Positions 40,059 through 51,348 of a DNA stretch of 64,000 bases are shown here, in pieces. The notes under the pieces were generated by a model. That model had not been told where the DNA came from, searched no databases, and saw only the letters and a program-made list of their open reading frames with translations. This DNA comes from Negaprion brevirostris (Eukaryota): assembly GCA_030324005.1 (NCBI GenBank), contig JARDVH010000110.1, forward strand, positions 31,195,081-31,259,080, given 5' to 3'. Within the stretch, counting starts at the first letter, position 1. The number at the start of each line of letters is the position of its first letter. The translations under genes were made by a program, and so were the position numbers.

Positions 40059-40397
40059 ACTGGAATTCTCCCACTGTTCGCACCAACAGGATTCCCCAGT
40101 CCTGTCGACAGCGCACCCCCTTTGGTGTGGGGTGACGTTGGTAGGGATTCTCATTGATAGCGACTGGACCAGAGAATCCCACCAATAGCAAAAAAAGCGC
40201 CATCTCCCACCGGTGGGAAACGCACAGCTGGGAGGCCACAGAATCTCGCCCAGCATTTCAGTTTGGTGACGGGTCAGATTTTCCGGTCCCACCCACCAGC
40301 AGGGTCTGTCAGGCCCGCCAAAGTCAAAGGATGTTTTGTTTGCTGGTCCCATCTGCCTCAGAGGAACCTGCAAAGGCGGGGCCTGGAAATTCTGGCC
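40059..40397. mobile_element. Two adjacent Harbinger-type MITEs
   Basis: gactggaattctcc...gaatctcgccc (~40059-40251) and gggtcagattttcc...aaattctggcc (~40271-40397). Confidence 0.55.
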
Positions 40398-40419
40398 AAC
40401 CTTTCATCACAACCGAGAA

Positions 40420-40945
40420 AAGTTAGTAAGGTTTTAAAATGGGTGAAAGGGGTGGGGGGGGGGGGGGGCGTGGCGAAAAAGCAAAAGGGAAGGTCCTAAT
40501 AGGACTGGAGATAGGAGACATTAAATGACACTAGAGTTGGTGCAGTGCCAAAGAGGGTGGTAATCAAACAAATAAAAAAAATCAAAAGATGTAACCAGAG
40601 GAGGTGGGAAAGGCAATGTAATAAACAGCTGCCATCTGAAAACAAAGGTAAATAAATAGAATGAAACCAAAATATGCAAATAATTAAAAGGAAACAAAAT
40701 GCCAGCAGAGGTTCTTCCACCACCTCCAGATCACCATCTTTCCCTTTTGTCCTTTTTTTCTAACATTCTGTACACAAACTTATCACATTTTTAACATTTC
40801 CAATTTCTGGTAGAGGGTCTTCAACCTGACTGACATGTTAACGCTGTTTCTCTCTCCACAGACACTGACTAACCTGTTCTGTCGAGTACTTCCAGCACTT
40901 TCTATTTTTATTTCAGATTTCCAGCATCTTCAGGATTTTGCTTTT
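40420..40945. repeat. Penelope-like terminal-repeat remnants (also ~39985-40055)
   Basis: caggcagcatttgtggagagagaaacagag and its inverse tgtttctctctccacagacactgact...ttccagcactttctattttta. Confidence 0.5.
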
Positions 40946-41128
40946 GAGATAGTCTGATAAACTTGCTTTCAAGGCCTTCACCACGTGTAATTTTTATACT
41001 AGTGGAGCCTGATCCAAGGTATTTTCCCGAGGGTTCTAGGATTAATCCTTCTCCACTTGCCCCATAAGTACAACTTATCACACCTTAGCCCTTTTCTTTG
41101 TGCTTTCTAACATTAGCTAAAATCCTAC

Positions 41129-41151
41129 CTTTCATAAGTAGATTTGAAATC
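41129..41151 (-). CDS. TRIM coding exon 4 (23 nt microexon)
   Basis: gtcttttgcag|GATTTCAAATCTACTTATGAAAG|gtagga, translating DFKSTYE(R). The 23-nt phase 0-2 exon is typical of TRIM genes and bridges exons 3 and 5 exactly. Confidence 0.88.
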
Positions 41152-42434
41152 CTGCAAAAGACATCAAAATAATTTAAATGCAGTTGAAGGACAAATTATA
41201 GATGACATCTTTCTCATTAACATACAACAATGAAATTTAAGAAGTTGAGGACTTCATAATTAAAATTTTCTATTGGATGTACATTAATATTGTTTTGAAA
41301 ATTCATCTTCACACTATTATAAAACATGAATATGTATGTTATGATACACATGTAAATATGTCAATTACTGTTGTTACTGCAACAGGCCTACTGAGATGGA
41401 AAAAAAAGTGATTTCAGAGCAACAGTATTGCAAAAGTCCAATCAATGGTTCACATGTTTTATAATATAATTTAGTTTTAGGAATTAACTGCAGATAAATG
41501 GGGGCATCTGGTTGAGAAACAAATGGTGGNNNNNNNNNNNNNNNNNNNNNNNNNNNNNNNNNNNNNNNNNNNNNNNNNNNNNNNNNNNNNNNNNNNNNNN
41601 NNNNNNNNNNNNNNNNNNNNNNNNNNNNNGGCGGCAGGGGTGTGGTGGAGGGAGGGAGTAATGTGGAAGGGAGGCTTGGGTAGAATGTTGTTTTCTTTAA
41701 TTGATGTGTGCGTTTGCTGACAGAAGCAGCCAGTTACGTTTGCACTGGCTTACTCTAGTGGAAGAAAGAAATTAGCCTGAATAGTTAGCCTGGAAAGAAC
41801 TATACCGAAGCTGTAAAACAGACTGAGAGCAGTCTGTGCACGTCCAAAGTCAGGACGAGGAACTGAAGAATACATAGTCATAGCCTTTGAAGAAATTTGA
41901 TGGATCGCTTAGCCAAAAGCTAATGGAAGGATCCTCATGAAATTTGTACCTTGGAGGATAACAGAAGCATAACAGCAAAAATATCAATCACTGTTATTGC
42001 AATAGGATTACCCAAACTAAAATTTTCTAATGTTAGAGCTACGCTGTGTGCACTAGTGTCTTTTATTTTCCCCTTGGACAATATATCCTCAGAAGGAATC
42101 AATACAACATCTTTCTTTTACTTAAAAAAATTGCTAATATCCTTCTATTTCCCAGAAGCTGAGGAAAGCAAACTCTTCTTCAGTGCAATTCCCTGCCCAT
42201 AAGTAAGGAAGACTATCAAATATACAAAAATATCAGACTGGAAAAGACCGGCTGGCCAATGTAGCCTGTCTCATATAATTGTGAGATGTTATGAATCAAA
42301 TCATGAGACTGCCTATCCTCCCTTGACATGTTGTCTCCTGGTAGAGGCAAACAGAAGACCAAAGCAAAAACTCAAAGCTGATTGATAAATCTGGAAATTT
42401 CCTCTCTGATCTCTTTCAGAAATCCAAATTTGTC

Positions 42435-43698
42435 CAAGAAGGCTACTCTCCATTGGTTGGAGTCAAACCTCACAAAGGAAGATAGTTTTGATTGTTGGAG
42501 GTTAATTGTCTGAGCCTCAGACATCACCAAAGGAGTTTCTCTGGGTTGCTTCCTGGGTCTAACCATCTTCAATTGATTCATCAATTATCTTCCTTCCATC
42601 ATACAATCAGAAAGTCACTCACTGATCATTGCACAATGTTCAGTACCATTCATAGTCCTCAGACATTGAAGCTGTCCAGATCATATGCAGCAAGACTTAA
42701 ACAATGTTCAGACTTGGATGAAGTGGCAAGAAACATTTGTGTTACGTAAGTACCAGGCAATGATTATCTCCAGCAAGAGGGAATCTAACCATCTCTTCTT
42801 GACATTCAATAGCTTTACCATTGCTGAATCCACCACTATCAATATCCTGTGTTTATCCTTAACCAGAAGCTTAAATGGACAACTATATAAATACTATAGC
42901 TACAAGATCAGGTGAGAGGCTTGGAATTCTGGGACAAATCATTCGCCTCTTGTCCCCTTCAAAGTCTGTCCACCAACTACAAGGCACAAGTCAAGAGCGT
43001 GTATAAATATTCTCCACTTGTCTAGATAGAGTTCAACTGTAACAACCCTCAACAGATTCAACATATAAGGGATGGGTTAATAGACCTTCCAATTAAGTCC
43101 TAATTTGATGTCAATTATTCAACAGAAGTCACTGGTCTATAAAGGGGCTACAACTGTCATTGGGTGTTGGGAGAGAATTGTATGTGGAGTTGGATCAAAG
43201 AAATAAAGGTAGTTTATGAAGAAGCAGAATTTGTGCCTTCTTTATAACTGAGAGGCTCAAACACAACAGCCTCAAGCACAAAGGAGCTTTCTTGACCAGT
43301 ACTCTATCCATCACCTGAAACATTCCCTCTCTTCCCCTACCACTGATAAATAGTGGCATCAGTGTACAATTCACAAGATGTCCTGCAGCAATTCATCAAG
43401 CCTTCTTCAACAGCACCTTCCATCTTGAAGAACAAGGGCAGCAAATGCACATGACCTGCAAGTTCCCCTTTAAGCCACACACACCATTCTGACTTGGAAC
43501 TACATCACCATTCATTCCCTGTTGCTGGGTCAAAACCTTGGAACTCTCTTCCTACCAGCACTATAGTTGTACCTGCTCCAGGTAGACTGCAGCAGATCAA
43601 GAAGGTGACTCGCCATCACCCTCTCAAGGGCAATTAGGAAAAGACACCAAATGCTAGCCATAGCAGTGACACACACATCCCATGGATGAATAAAAAAA
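42435..43698 (+). mobile_element. L2/CR1-group LINE 3' portion (RT remnant + tail)
   Basis: WLESNL.QRK..IVGG and the LF..FINxL.S.IxSE..xTDxCT region. Tail cacatcccatggatgaataaaaaaa. Interrupted at ~43070-43270. Confidence 0.8.
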
Positions 43699-44446
43699 GT
43701 TGGTCCATGATATTCATTCATTGGTAACTACTTTTTTACAATATGACCATCACCACACCAGAAAGCAGTCTAAACCTCTATTGAAAGTTTACAGTAAATC
43801 AACAGATGAGAGAGTCCTAGTGGTGATTTTACATAGCCTTTTCCTTTCTAAAGTCATAGGAAGTTCTCAACTCCATGCCTCTCTCCAGCAGTGCAACTGA
43901 GGTCAATAAATCAGTGAAGCATGGGATACACTGCACAACAAAACCTGTCTTGCTCACAACCAACCTCCTGCTCCATTCCCAGCCCCCTGCAGCCCAATAT
44001 GTGTGTGGGTGGTGACAATCTCAGACTTCACAGATTGCTGTTTTAACAGAGAGCAGTGACTTACCTACTTTATATTTATAAACATGATCTAATTGAGAAC
44101 CCTGAACATATTAATGAGTTTGTGTCTGTATCATTTGTAAACCAAGCTTTTATAAATCTGAATTCATCCACTTCAGTATCATCAGAATGCATGGAGAATA
44201 TCACACACTGTTATGAATATTTTAAATTGAAACCAAATCATTAGCAGTATACTGTCACAATTGAAAAGGGTAAATAAGAAGGAAGAGTTAAATTAAACAG
44301 CAGCAATTAGGTGAGACAAAAAATGGGCTTTAAAAAGCCTGACTGAGCGTTGTAGTAGGAAATAAGAACTGAGGTGGCGGCGGATACAAAGAGTTTCTCA
44401 GCTTTGCTATATATGCGCTTTATAAAGTTGTCACTGTTTCCAGGGG

Positions 44447-44735
44447 TCAATCATGAGGGGACATAGTTTTACAGTAAGGGGCAGGAGATTGAGAGGGGAT
44501 TTGAGAAAAAACATTTTCACTCAGAAGGTGATGGGAATCTGGGATGCACTGTCTGGGAAGGTAGTGGAGGCCAGAAACCTTACAAACTTTAAGAAGTATT
44601 TGGATGAGCACTTGAAACAGCAGAATATTCAAGGATATGGGGCAAGTGCTGGAAAATGGGATCAGAGTGGTTATTGTCAGTGTAGACTCGATGGGCTGAA
44701 GGGTCTTTTCTGTGCTGTGTGATGCTATGACCATG
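44447..44735 (+). mobile_element. CR1 LINE 3' end in TRIM intron
   Basis: RGHSFTVRGRRLRGDLRKNIFTQKVMGIWDALS; tail tgtgctgtgtgatgctatga. Confidence 0.9.
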
Positions 44736-44892
44736 ACTTTGCATTCTTAGGTAACCAGCTGGTGTCAAATTCTGTTTGAAAGAACATTGACAAGTAAGTA
44801 CCAGCACTGAAAAACTACCTAAAAGAGCATACTAACTCCATTTCATGAAAGCAGTGATGTAAAAAAGTGAATAAAGTTGAATCTACTATTAC

Positions 44893-45126
44893 CTTAATAA
44901 AGAATAATGGATCTTTTTGATTTTTCAGGTCTTGTACCTCCTGAATAAGATGAGTAATCACTTCTCTTTTAATTTCCAATTCTTGGATTTTCTTTAAGAC
45001 TTTCGAAAGATTTATATTTTTTTCTGTTATAACTGTGTCTAAGATTTGCTTTTCTTGTTTGGTCAGCAGCATTCTAATTTCCTGGAACAAGTCTGAAATT
45101 TGTTTTCTCAAAACAGCACTATCTTT
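44893..45126 (-). CDS. TRIM coding exon 3 (234 nt, coiled coil)
   Basis: tttcattacag|AAA...AAG|gtaata. Translates KDSAVLRKQISDLFQEIRMLLTKQEKQIL...QKDPLFFIK. Canonical 231-234 nt TRIM exon. Confidence 0.95.
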
Positions 45127-45374
45127 CTGTAATGAAAGAAAAATAATTCTCATTAAAGAGTAAGGATTTAAATCATTGATTCTGCCTTTCGCAGTAATAT
45201 CAATTAATGGATGGTAATGTCTGTCTTCCCTCAAACCCGAGATTTAGCAGCTATCAAGCCACTGAAGAAGAATTATCGTTTTCTTGTCACCATGCTATAA
45301 ATACGGTTATAAGAAATCTTTTTGTGCAGAAACTTTGATGAAATGATGCTTCAGATAGACTAATGCTAATCCAT

Positions 45375-46500
45375 GCATATTTTCTACTGTAAGCATGTAG
45401 GAATATAGGAAACTGAATAGGTTATTTAGTCTGTCCCAGCATTCAATAAGATCATGGCTCATCTGCGACCTAACTCCACATGGTCTCCCTTGTCTCATAT
45501 TTCTTAATACTTTTAGTTAAAAGACACTTTTTTAATTTCAGCTTTAAAGTTAACAATTGACCTAGCACCAACTGCCTTTTCTTGGCAAAAAGTTCTAAAC
45601 TTCCTGAGAGGGAGGGAACATCATTAAATCACTGGCAAGGGGCAGGGAAAATCAGAGAATGAGATCCCGCTGTGACGATTCTTATTCTCAAGGTCTCATG
45701 GAATTTTTACTATTTTCACCCATAGCAAATGTCAAAAGTCACCTCCACCACCACCCCCATCCCCATCAACATCTTTGTGCATCAGGAAACTTGTGGCTCT
45801 CTTCTCCAACATCAAAGTTGCTCATGGTTGAAGCCCCAACATGCATTTTGGTGGACACCCAATTTGTATTCCACTAATTAGAGTAGCTACCCATTATCCT
45901 TGCACTTTTTCATAGAAACACAGAAAATAGGAGCAGGAATAGGACTTTTGGGCCTTTAGGCCTGCCCCACACCATTCATTATGATCAAGGCTGATCATCC
46001 AACTCAGTAACCTAATTCTGCTTTCCACCCGTATCCTTGGATGCCTTTAGCCCCAAGAGCTAAAGCTAACTCCTTCTTGAAAACATACAATGTTTTTGGC
46101 CTCACTGCTTTTTGTGGTAGAGAATTGCACAGGCTGTCTGGGTGAATAAATTCCACCTTATCAGTCCTAGATGGTCTAACACATATCCTTCTAACACTGT
46201 GATCGCTGGGTCTGAACTACCCCACCATTGCAAATATTCTTCCTGCATTTACCCTGTCTAGTCCTATTTCAATGAGATCTCATTTACCTTCTGGTAATGA
46301 TCCAATGACTCTATTCTCAGAACAGCAGGGGAGGCTTCTATAAGATTCCTTTATATTCCAGTGAATATAACCCTAATCGACTCAATTTCTCCTCATAAAT
46401 CAATCCCACCATTCCATGAATCAGACTAGTAATCCTACACAGAATTCCCTCTATCACAAGAATATTCTTCCTCAGATAAGGAGACCAAAGTTGCACACGG
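45375..46500 (-). mobile_element. Two CR1 3' fragments (~45375-45605, ~45911-46500) with intervening MITE-like sequence
   Basis: CR1 tails (cattcaataagatcatggct; catagaaacacagaaaataggagcagg) and ggagaccaaagttgcacac. Confidence 0.75.
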
Positions 46501-46771
46501 TACCTGCATGATTTGCATGCGCCTCATGTATTTAATTAAATAACTAAAAATAACCATTTTAGCTGCCTGTGTTTTTTTTCTTTGTGGGATTCACATTAAA
46601 CATGGTTCCTTTGGAGTTTATCAAAGAGGAATATGTGCATTATCTCGAAGATCCCAAACATTTGAGTTTTTGAGCAAATCAACAAGACAGCTCTACGTAA
46701 GCATTTAAGTTGCAGTTTCATGTGAATTATATCAAAAATCAGATGGATATTTTCAGAATAAACACAAATAC

Positions 46772-46867
46772 CTTTAAGTTCATTTCTGTTCCTTGCAGCT
46801 CTTTCGTAGCTTCCTCTAAATTTGCTCTGCAACTCTGCAGCTTCTCCAGTTTTTCTGAAAGGCTGGC
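46772..46867 (-). CDS. TRIM coding exon 2 (96 nt, coiled coil)
   Basis: caacag|GCC...AAG|gtattt. Translates ASLSEKLEKLQSCRANLEEATKELQGTEMNLK. A 96-nt phase 0-0 exon is the canonical second coding exon of TRIM genes. Confidence 0.93.
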
Positions 46868-46988
46868 CTGTTGATGTAATTTTTATAGTGATGCCAGTTA
46901 CAATATATCAAAAGTTGGCATATTTAATTATCTCTCAAATGAATGAAGTTTTTTCAAAGCCTAAATATTCAGTACAATGCTCTCTTAC

Positions 46989-47567
46989 CTTTGTCTCATT
47001 ATGTATGTCTTTTAAAATGCGTATGTCGTGGTTCTTGTGTGGACCAGCAACATAACATGTTACACAAATACAGGAGTGGTCATCTAAGCAGTAATATTCA
47101 ATGAGCTTCTCATGATCTGAACATTTTCTGTCTTCCAGCGAACTTGCAGGCTCAATCAGTAGGTGATTTTTCTGAGCTGTTTTCTCAGAGTGCTTTCTCA
47201 AGTGATGCTCACATAAAGATGCTTCACAGTTCATGCATGTTTTGACTGCAGGGAGGGGATTATCCAAACAGAAATCACAGAAGATCTTAGGTGGTTCCTC
47301 ATTCATCTGTGTGGCTTCAAAACGTTCTATTATGTTACTCAATTTCAAATTTTTGTGCAGCACGGGCTTTTGAGCATATTCAGCTCGGCACTCTGGGCAC
47401 GAGTAGCCAGGCCCTGTGTCTTTCTTGTCCCAGTTCTTTTCAATGCAACTACGACAGAAATTATGCCCACAGGACAAGGAAACTGGTTCTGTGTAAATAT
47501 TCCAGCAAATTGAACAATTTAATTCTTCTTTCAAATTACCAACAGCTGAAGTAGAAGCCATTTTCAT
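46989..47567 (-). CDS. TRIM (TRIM25/finTRIM-like) E3 ligase, first coding exon: RING + B-box1 + B-box2
   Basis: Translation MKMASTSAVGNLKEELNCSICWNIYTEPVSLSCGHNFCRSCI...CPECR is a C3HC4 RING, followed by CDFCLDNPLPAVKTCMNCEASLCEHH (B-box1) and CSDHEKLIEYYCLDDHSCICVTC...HKNH (B-box2). Donor AAG|gtaaga, 579 nt, phase 0. An acceptor ctcttcctcag lies 2 nt before the ATG, implying an upstream non-coding exon that I did not locate. Confidence 0.97.
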
Positions 47568-47958
47568 CTCTGAGGAAGAGAGAACAAGCAGCTATTTGTT
47601 GTACGGTTAACCATCAGAAAGGACTTACACTTATATAATGCTTCACACAACTTCACAATGCTTAAACAGCACTCAACTGTCTCTGGAGTACTTTTAAAGT
47701 GCTGTTGTAACCAAGGGTAATACAGAAGCTAATTTGCATCCAGCAAGCTCACATAAATACATTGAGATAAATGTTAAATTGTCGTGACATGCATATTGAG
47801 GGATAGATTTTCGCGAATCCTGCTATTGTTAAAATAGAGTCATGGGGTCAAGTTATGCTCACTTGAGAAGGTAGATGGGACCTCAACTCATCTCGATGGC
47901 TTCTCTGATTTCAATGGTTCGTCTGTACTTCACTGGAGTGTTTGTAGTATGTGCTTCC

Positions 47959-47999
47959 ATCGGCTTCTCGGCCTTTTGGCTAAGATCAAGTGTAGTATC
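47959..47999 (+). pseudogene. U2 snRNA 5' fragment (about nt 1-40)
   Basis: atcggcttctcggccttttggctaagatcaagtgtagtatc matches vertebrate U2 ATCGCTTCTCGGCCTTTTGGCTAAGATCAAGTGTAGTATC with a 1-nt insertion, including the branch-point pairing GTAGTA. The rest of U2 is absent. Confidence 0.93.
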
Positions 48000-48660
48000 G
48001 ACATGCTGTACTTGGTTGAGGTCATTAGGTTACATTTTAGCTTCATTTGAAGCAATTTTTTAAAGTGGCATCTCGGCCTTTTAGCTAAGATGCAAATGAG
48101 ATCAAGCCTTGGAGGAGGAACTATACCTACTCCAATCAGCTTGGATCATGTAGATCAAGCNNNNNNNNNNNNNNNNNNNNNNNNNNNNNNNNNNNNNNNN
48201 NNNNNNNNNNNNNNNNNNNNNNNNNNNNNNNNNNNNNNNNNNNNNNNNNNNNNNNNNNNNNNNNNNNNNNNNNNNNNNNNNNNNNNNNNNNNNNNNNNNN
48301 NNNNNNNNNNNNNNNNNNNNNNNNNNNNNNNNNNNNNNNNNNNNNNNNNNNNNNNNNNNNNNNNNNNNNNNNNNNNNNNNNNNNNNNNNNNNNNNNNNNN
48401 NNNATCAAGCCTTGGAGAAAGTGCAATGCCTGCTCCAATCAGCTTGGACCATGTCGATCAAGCCCAAGACAGGAAGTGGTGAGCCTGTCTTGTCAGCTTG
48501 GATTGGGAATGTCTCACTTGTGGACACTTTGAATTGAACTTTGATTGGATTAAATCGGATATAAACAAAAAAAAAACAAGGGCAACTAGGGATGGAACCA
48601 ATAAAATCAAATTTCCTGATTACCCTGTCATGCAATAAATATTCTGATACAAGTTGGCTT
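47959..48660 (+). mobile_element. Putative U2-headed repeat element (SINEU-like or chimeric retrocopy)
   Basis: U2 head; second U2-like segment tctcggccttttagctaagat at ~48071-48091; repeated ~55-nt units on both sides of a gap; hairpin caagacagg/cctgtcttg; AATAAA near 48633; gcttcc on both flanks. Confidence 0.5.
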
Positions 48661-49254
48661 CCTAATAACCGTACCTTCACTTTACTTTTCTGCCTTTTGT
48701 TTCATGTTTGCCTCCAGATCAAAGAGAATGAAGCTTGTGTCACCACCTAACAGAGAAGGGAAGGAAAAAGGTAAGCAAAAAGGTTCTTGCAACAATCACT
48801 TGCAGTAGAATACAAGAGGCCCAGCTCAGTATAACAGAGGGTGTACTTAAGTCTCACTAATTCCAGCTGATAGCTGGGTGTTGTAATCAGTAAGGAGCAC
48901 ATAGGCCGAAACTTTATCACCGTTCACCCTAGCAGGATTTTCCCTACTTTGCTGCAGCAGGAGCATGGCGCGAATGGCAGGTGATGTTGCACCTATAGGC
49001 CGGGATTTACAGCTATGTCACTGGCAGCATGGTGGCACAGTAGTTAGCGCTGCTGCCTCACAGTGCCAATCATCATACAACAATTATCTAGAATATACAC
49101 ACCAGTCATTAAGATTCCACTTGGAACACTAAAAGCACAGACAGTAAAAAGCCCTTTCCTTGGATCCCAAAGAACTCATTTAACCCCCGTGTTTGTTTCT
49201 GTAAATCAAACAAGGTTGGGGTGGGAGAAGGGGGATTATTTCCAGAAAGACTGG

Positions 49255-50292
49255 GGGTGGGATTCTCCCAAAGATATTCCAAGTATCGAATTTGCATAAA
49301 AACTGCTGTTAATCACACTTTTTTCAGATGGATTTTCAAAATGAATCTCCCACATTCTGAGCACTGGCATGAATCTCATGAAAAATCAATGGGTGGAAGC
49401 GTTTCCCACTGGAGAGGCAGTCAGCAAAGTGCTGAGCAGGGCATCCTACATCGCTGCCCATGTGACCTGCCCACAGCCCAATCACTGGGCTCCTGGACAT
49501 TTTCGGGCCAGACCCAATCCCACTACCAATGTGTCCGGGCCAGACCCAATCCCGCTACCAACCCCCTGGATCGCCTCATTCTCCCCTGCCTGTCCCCCCG
49601 GCAGTCCCGATCTCCTGATGCCGTCCCCGCTACCTGCAGTCCCAACACTCCTGGCAGGCCAAACTCTGCCCCCATCCCCATGCCCACCACGCTGATGTCT
49701 ATCCCTGATCGCTGGGCTCCCTCTCTCTGCCATCGCCAAGTGCAGAGTGGCAATAGGACCCCCACCAATCTGCCTCCCCGGCAGTGGAACCTCCCANNNN
49801 NNNNNNNNNNNNNNNNNNNNNNNNNNNNNNNNNNNNNNNNNNNNNNNNNNNNNNNNNNNNNNNNNNNNNNNNNNNNNNNNNNNNNNNNNNNNNNNNTTGA
49901 GTTGTAATAAGGGGTCAGGCTAGCATTGCCAAGCTGGCACTGCGCAGGGGGCAAGCCCCTTACTCCCAAAATCTTGGGGGGCCTCTATGGGGTTGCTCTT
50001 CCAACATCCCGTTAGTGGGGAGCTGTTGTAAACCCTGCTAGAGTTAAACTACCCTGGCAGGGACGGAAAGGTTAATGGGCCCAGAAACTTCAGTCTTGCA
50101 CCTGCTAATTATATGATAACCCTCATTACCATAATTTATTCAGCTCTGTGCCAACTTCTGGTTGTAGGCACCAGAGGTCCGAGGGGCAGAGGCCATGGTT
50201 TCCGGCAGGAAGCCCGCTGAGCAACTTCCGCTTGAGTTTCCTGGCTCACTGCATTGCTAAAGCAGTATAATAGGCTGGGAGAATCACCTCCC
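49255..50292. mobile_element. Non-autonomous Harbinger-like element
   Basis: Termini gggtgggattctccca / tgggagaatcacctccc. GC-rich interior with ggca/tgcc motifs. Confidence 0.55.
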
Positions 50293-50809
50293 CAGATTTG
50301 GAATATCATCCCAAATGGAGCATGTGAATGTTTTATTCAAAAATTTTACGTAAAAATAGTTAATTCTTGGGTCAGGTGCATTTGTAAAATATATTCCGGC
50401 GGTCACAGAGGGTTAATGCAAAATGGAAAATCTGCATTTTCAGGTTTATTACGGCTATTGATATTACTGATATTAAATTGTAGGACCATGAAATTTTAAA
50501 TACATCTAATTCCTAAGAATTTTTTTATTTTGTTAGCAACAATTTAAAATGAACAGAAAATCACAACTTTTCTGCAATGATTATTTGATGCGTCACAACC
50601 AACTAATAAGTGAATTACTGTCATAAATATGTAAAATCTACTAACTTAGCCATGCTGAATGGTAAGGGAATTAAAAGACGAGTTGTCTAGATATCCAAAG
50701 GAAATAATGAGCTTGACAATACATTACTAATGAAGGCATAGGTTTAACTGTTCCTGGGCCATGATGGCAGATTGGAGGGGGAAGGGGGAAAGGGGGAGTT
50801 GTATTAGAA

Positions 50810-51348
50810 TGCTTCTCCAATGCATTCTTTCCACCAATGGAGTTTTCCAATGTCAATCTATTAAACAGGTCAACCAGCCAGGTAATTGTCCATTTATTCC
50901 TAGGATTACTCATGTCTACTTAGTCAGGGTCCCAATGTCCAAGTGATTAATCTTAATGGTCCACTTCCAACACTGAATACCTCAAGAGCTTCATGCTTTG
51001 TTAATGGGAGAGGAGATATGAGTTCTTCACATTCCCCAGGAGGCCGTTGTCTTTGATAGGTTTTGCAAACATTCTATTCCAATGATTTGGAGGAGTTTTT
51101 TTTTGGCTGCGCTCTCAAATCACGTTTAGTCTGTGCTTTTAAAAAAACTGTTCAGTTCAGGAATCCAGCCAGTGGATTAAAAATTGTTATTTTGTATCTT
51201 TACGCACATGAGCATGTGCATAATCACATCATCATGACTACCACAACTGTGTTGATTTGCTGCCCGCTTCCATGGAGTGGCTGGCTGGCCTGTTTAATAG
51301 ACTGATATTGGAAAACTTTATTGGTGGAAAGAATGCATTGGAGAAGCA
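50810..51348. mobile_element. Element with ~70 bp inverted repeats (MITE/DNA transposon derivative)
   Basis: 50810-50880 is the imperfect reverse complement of 51278-51348. The ORF track shows near-identical peptides on opposite strands. Confidence 0.7.

Noticed and set aside
44065-44250. Consensus minus-strand donor AG|gtaagt with upstream acceptors inside the TRIM intron
   Set aside because: Longer versions have stops in all frames. The short 37-nt version is phase 0-1 and breaks the exon 3-4 frame.
47959-47999. Functional U2 snRNA gene
   Set aside because: Only the first ~40 nt are present. No Sm site or 3' stem-loops are visible.
48100-48465. CRISPR-like repeat array
   Set aside because: Eukaryotic context, degenerate units without unique spacers, and no cas genes.
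49221-49969. GC-rich ORFs of 100-228 aa
   Set aside because: They lie within a non-autonomous repeat, are low complexity and have no domain motifs.
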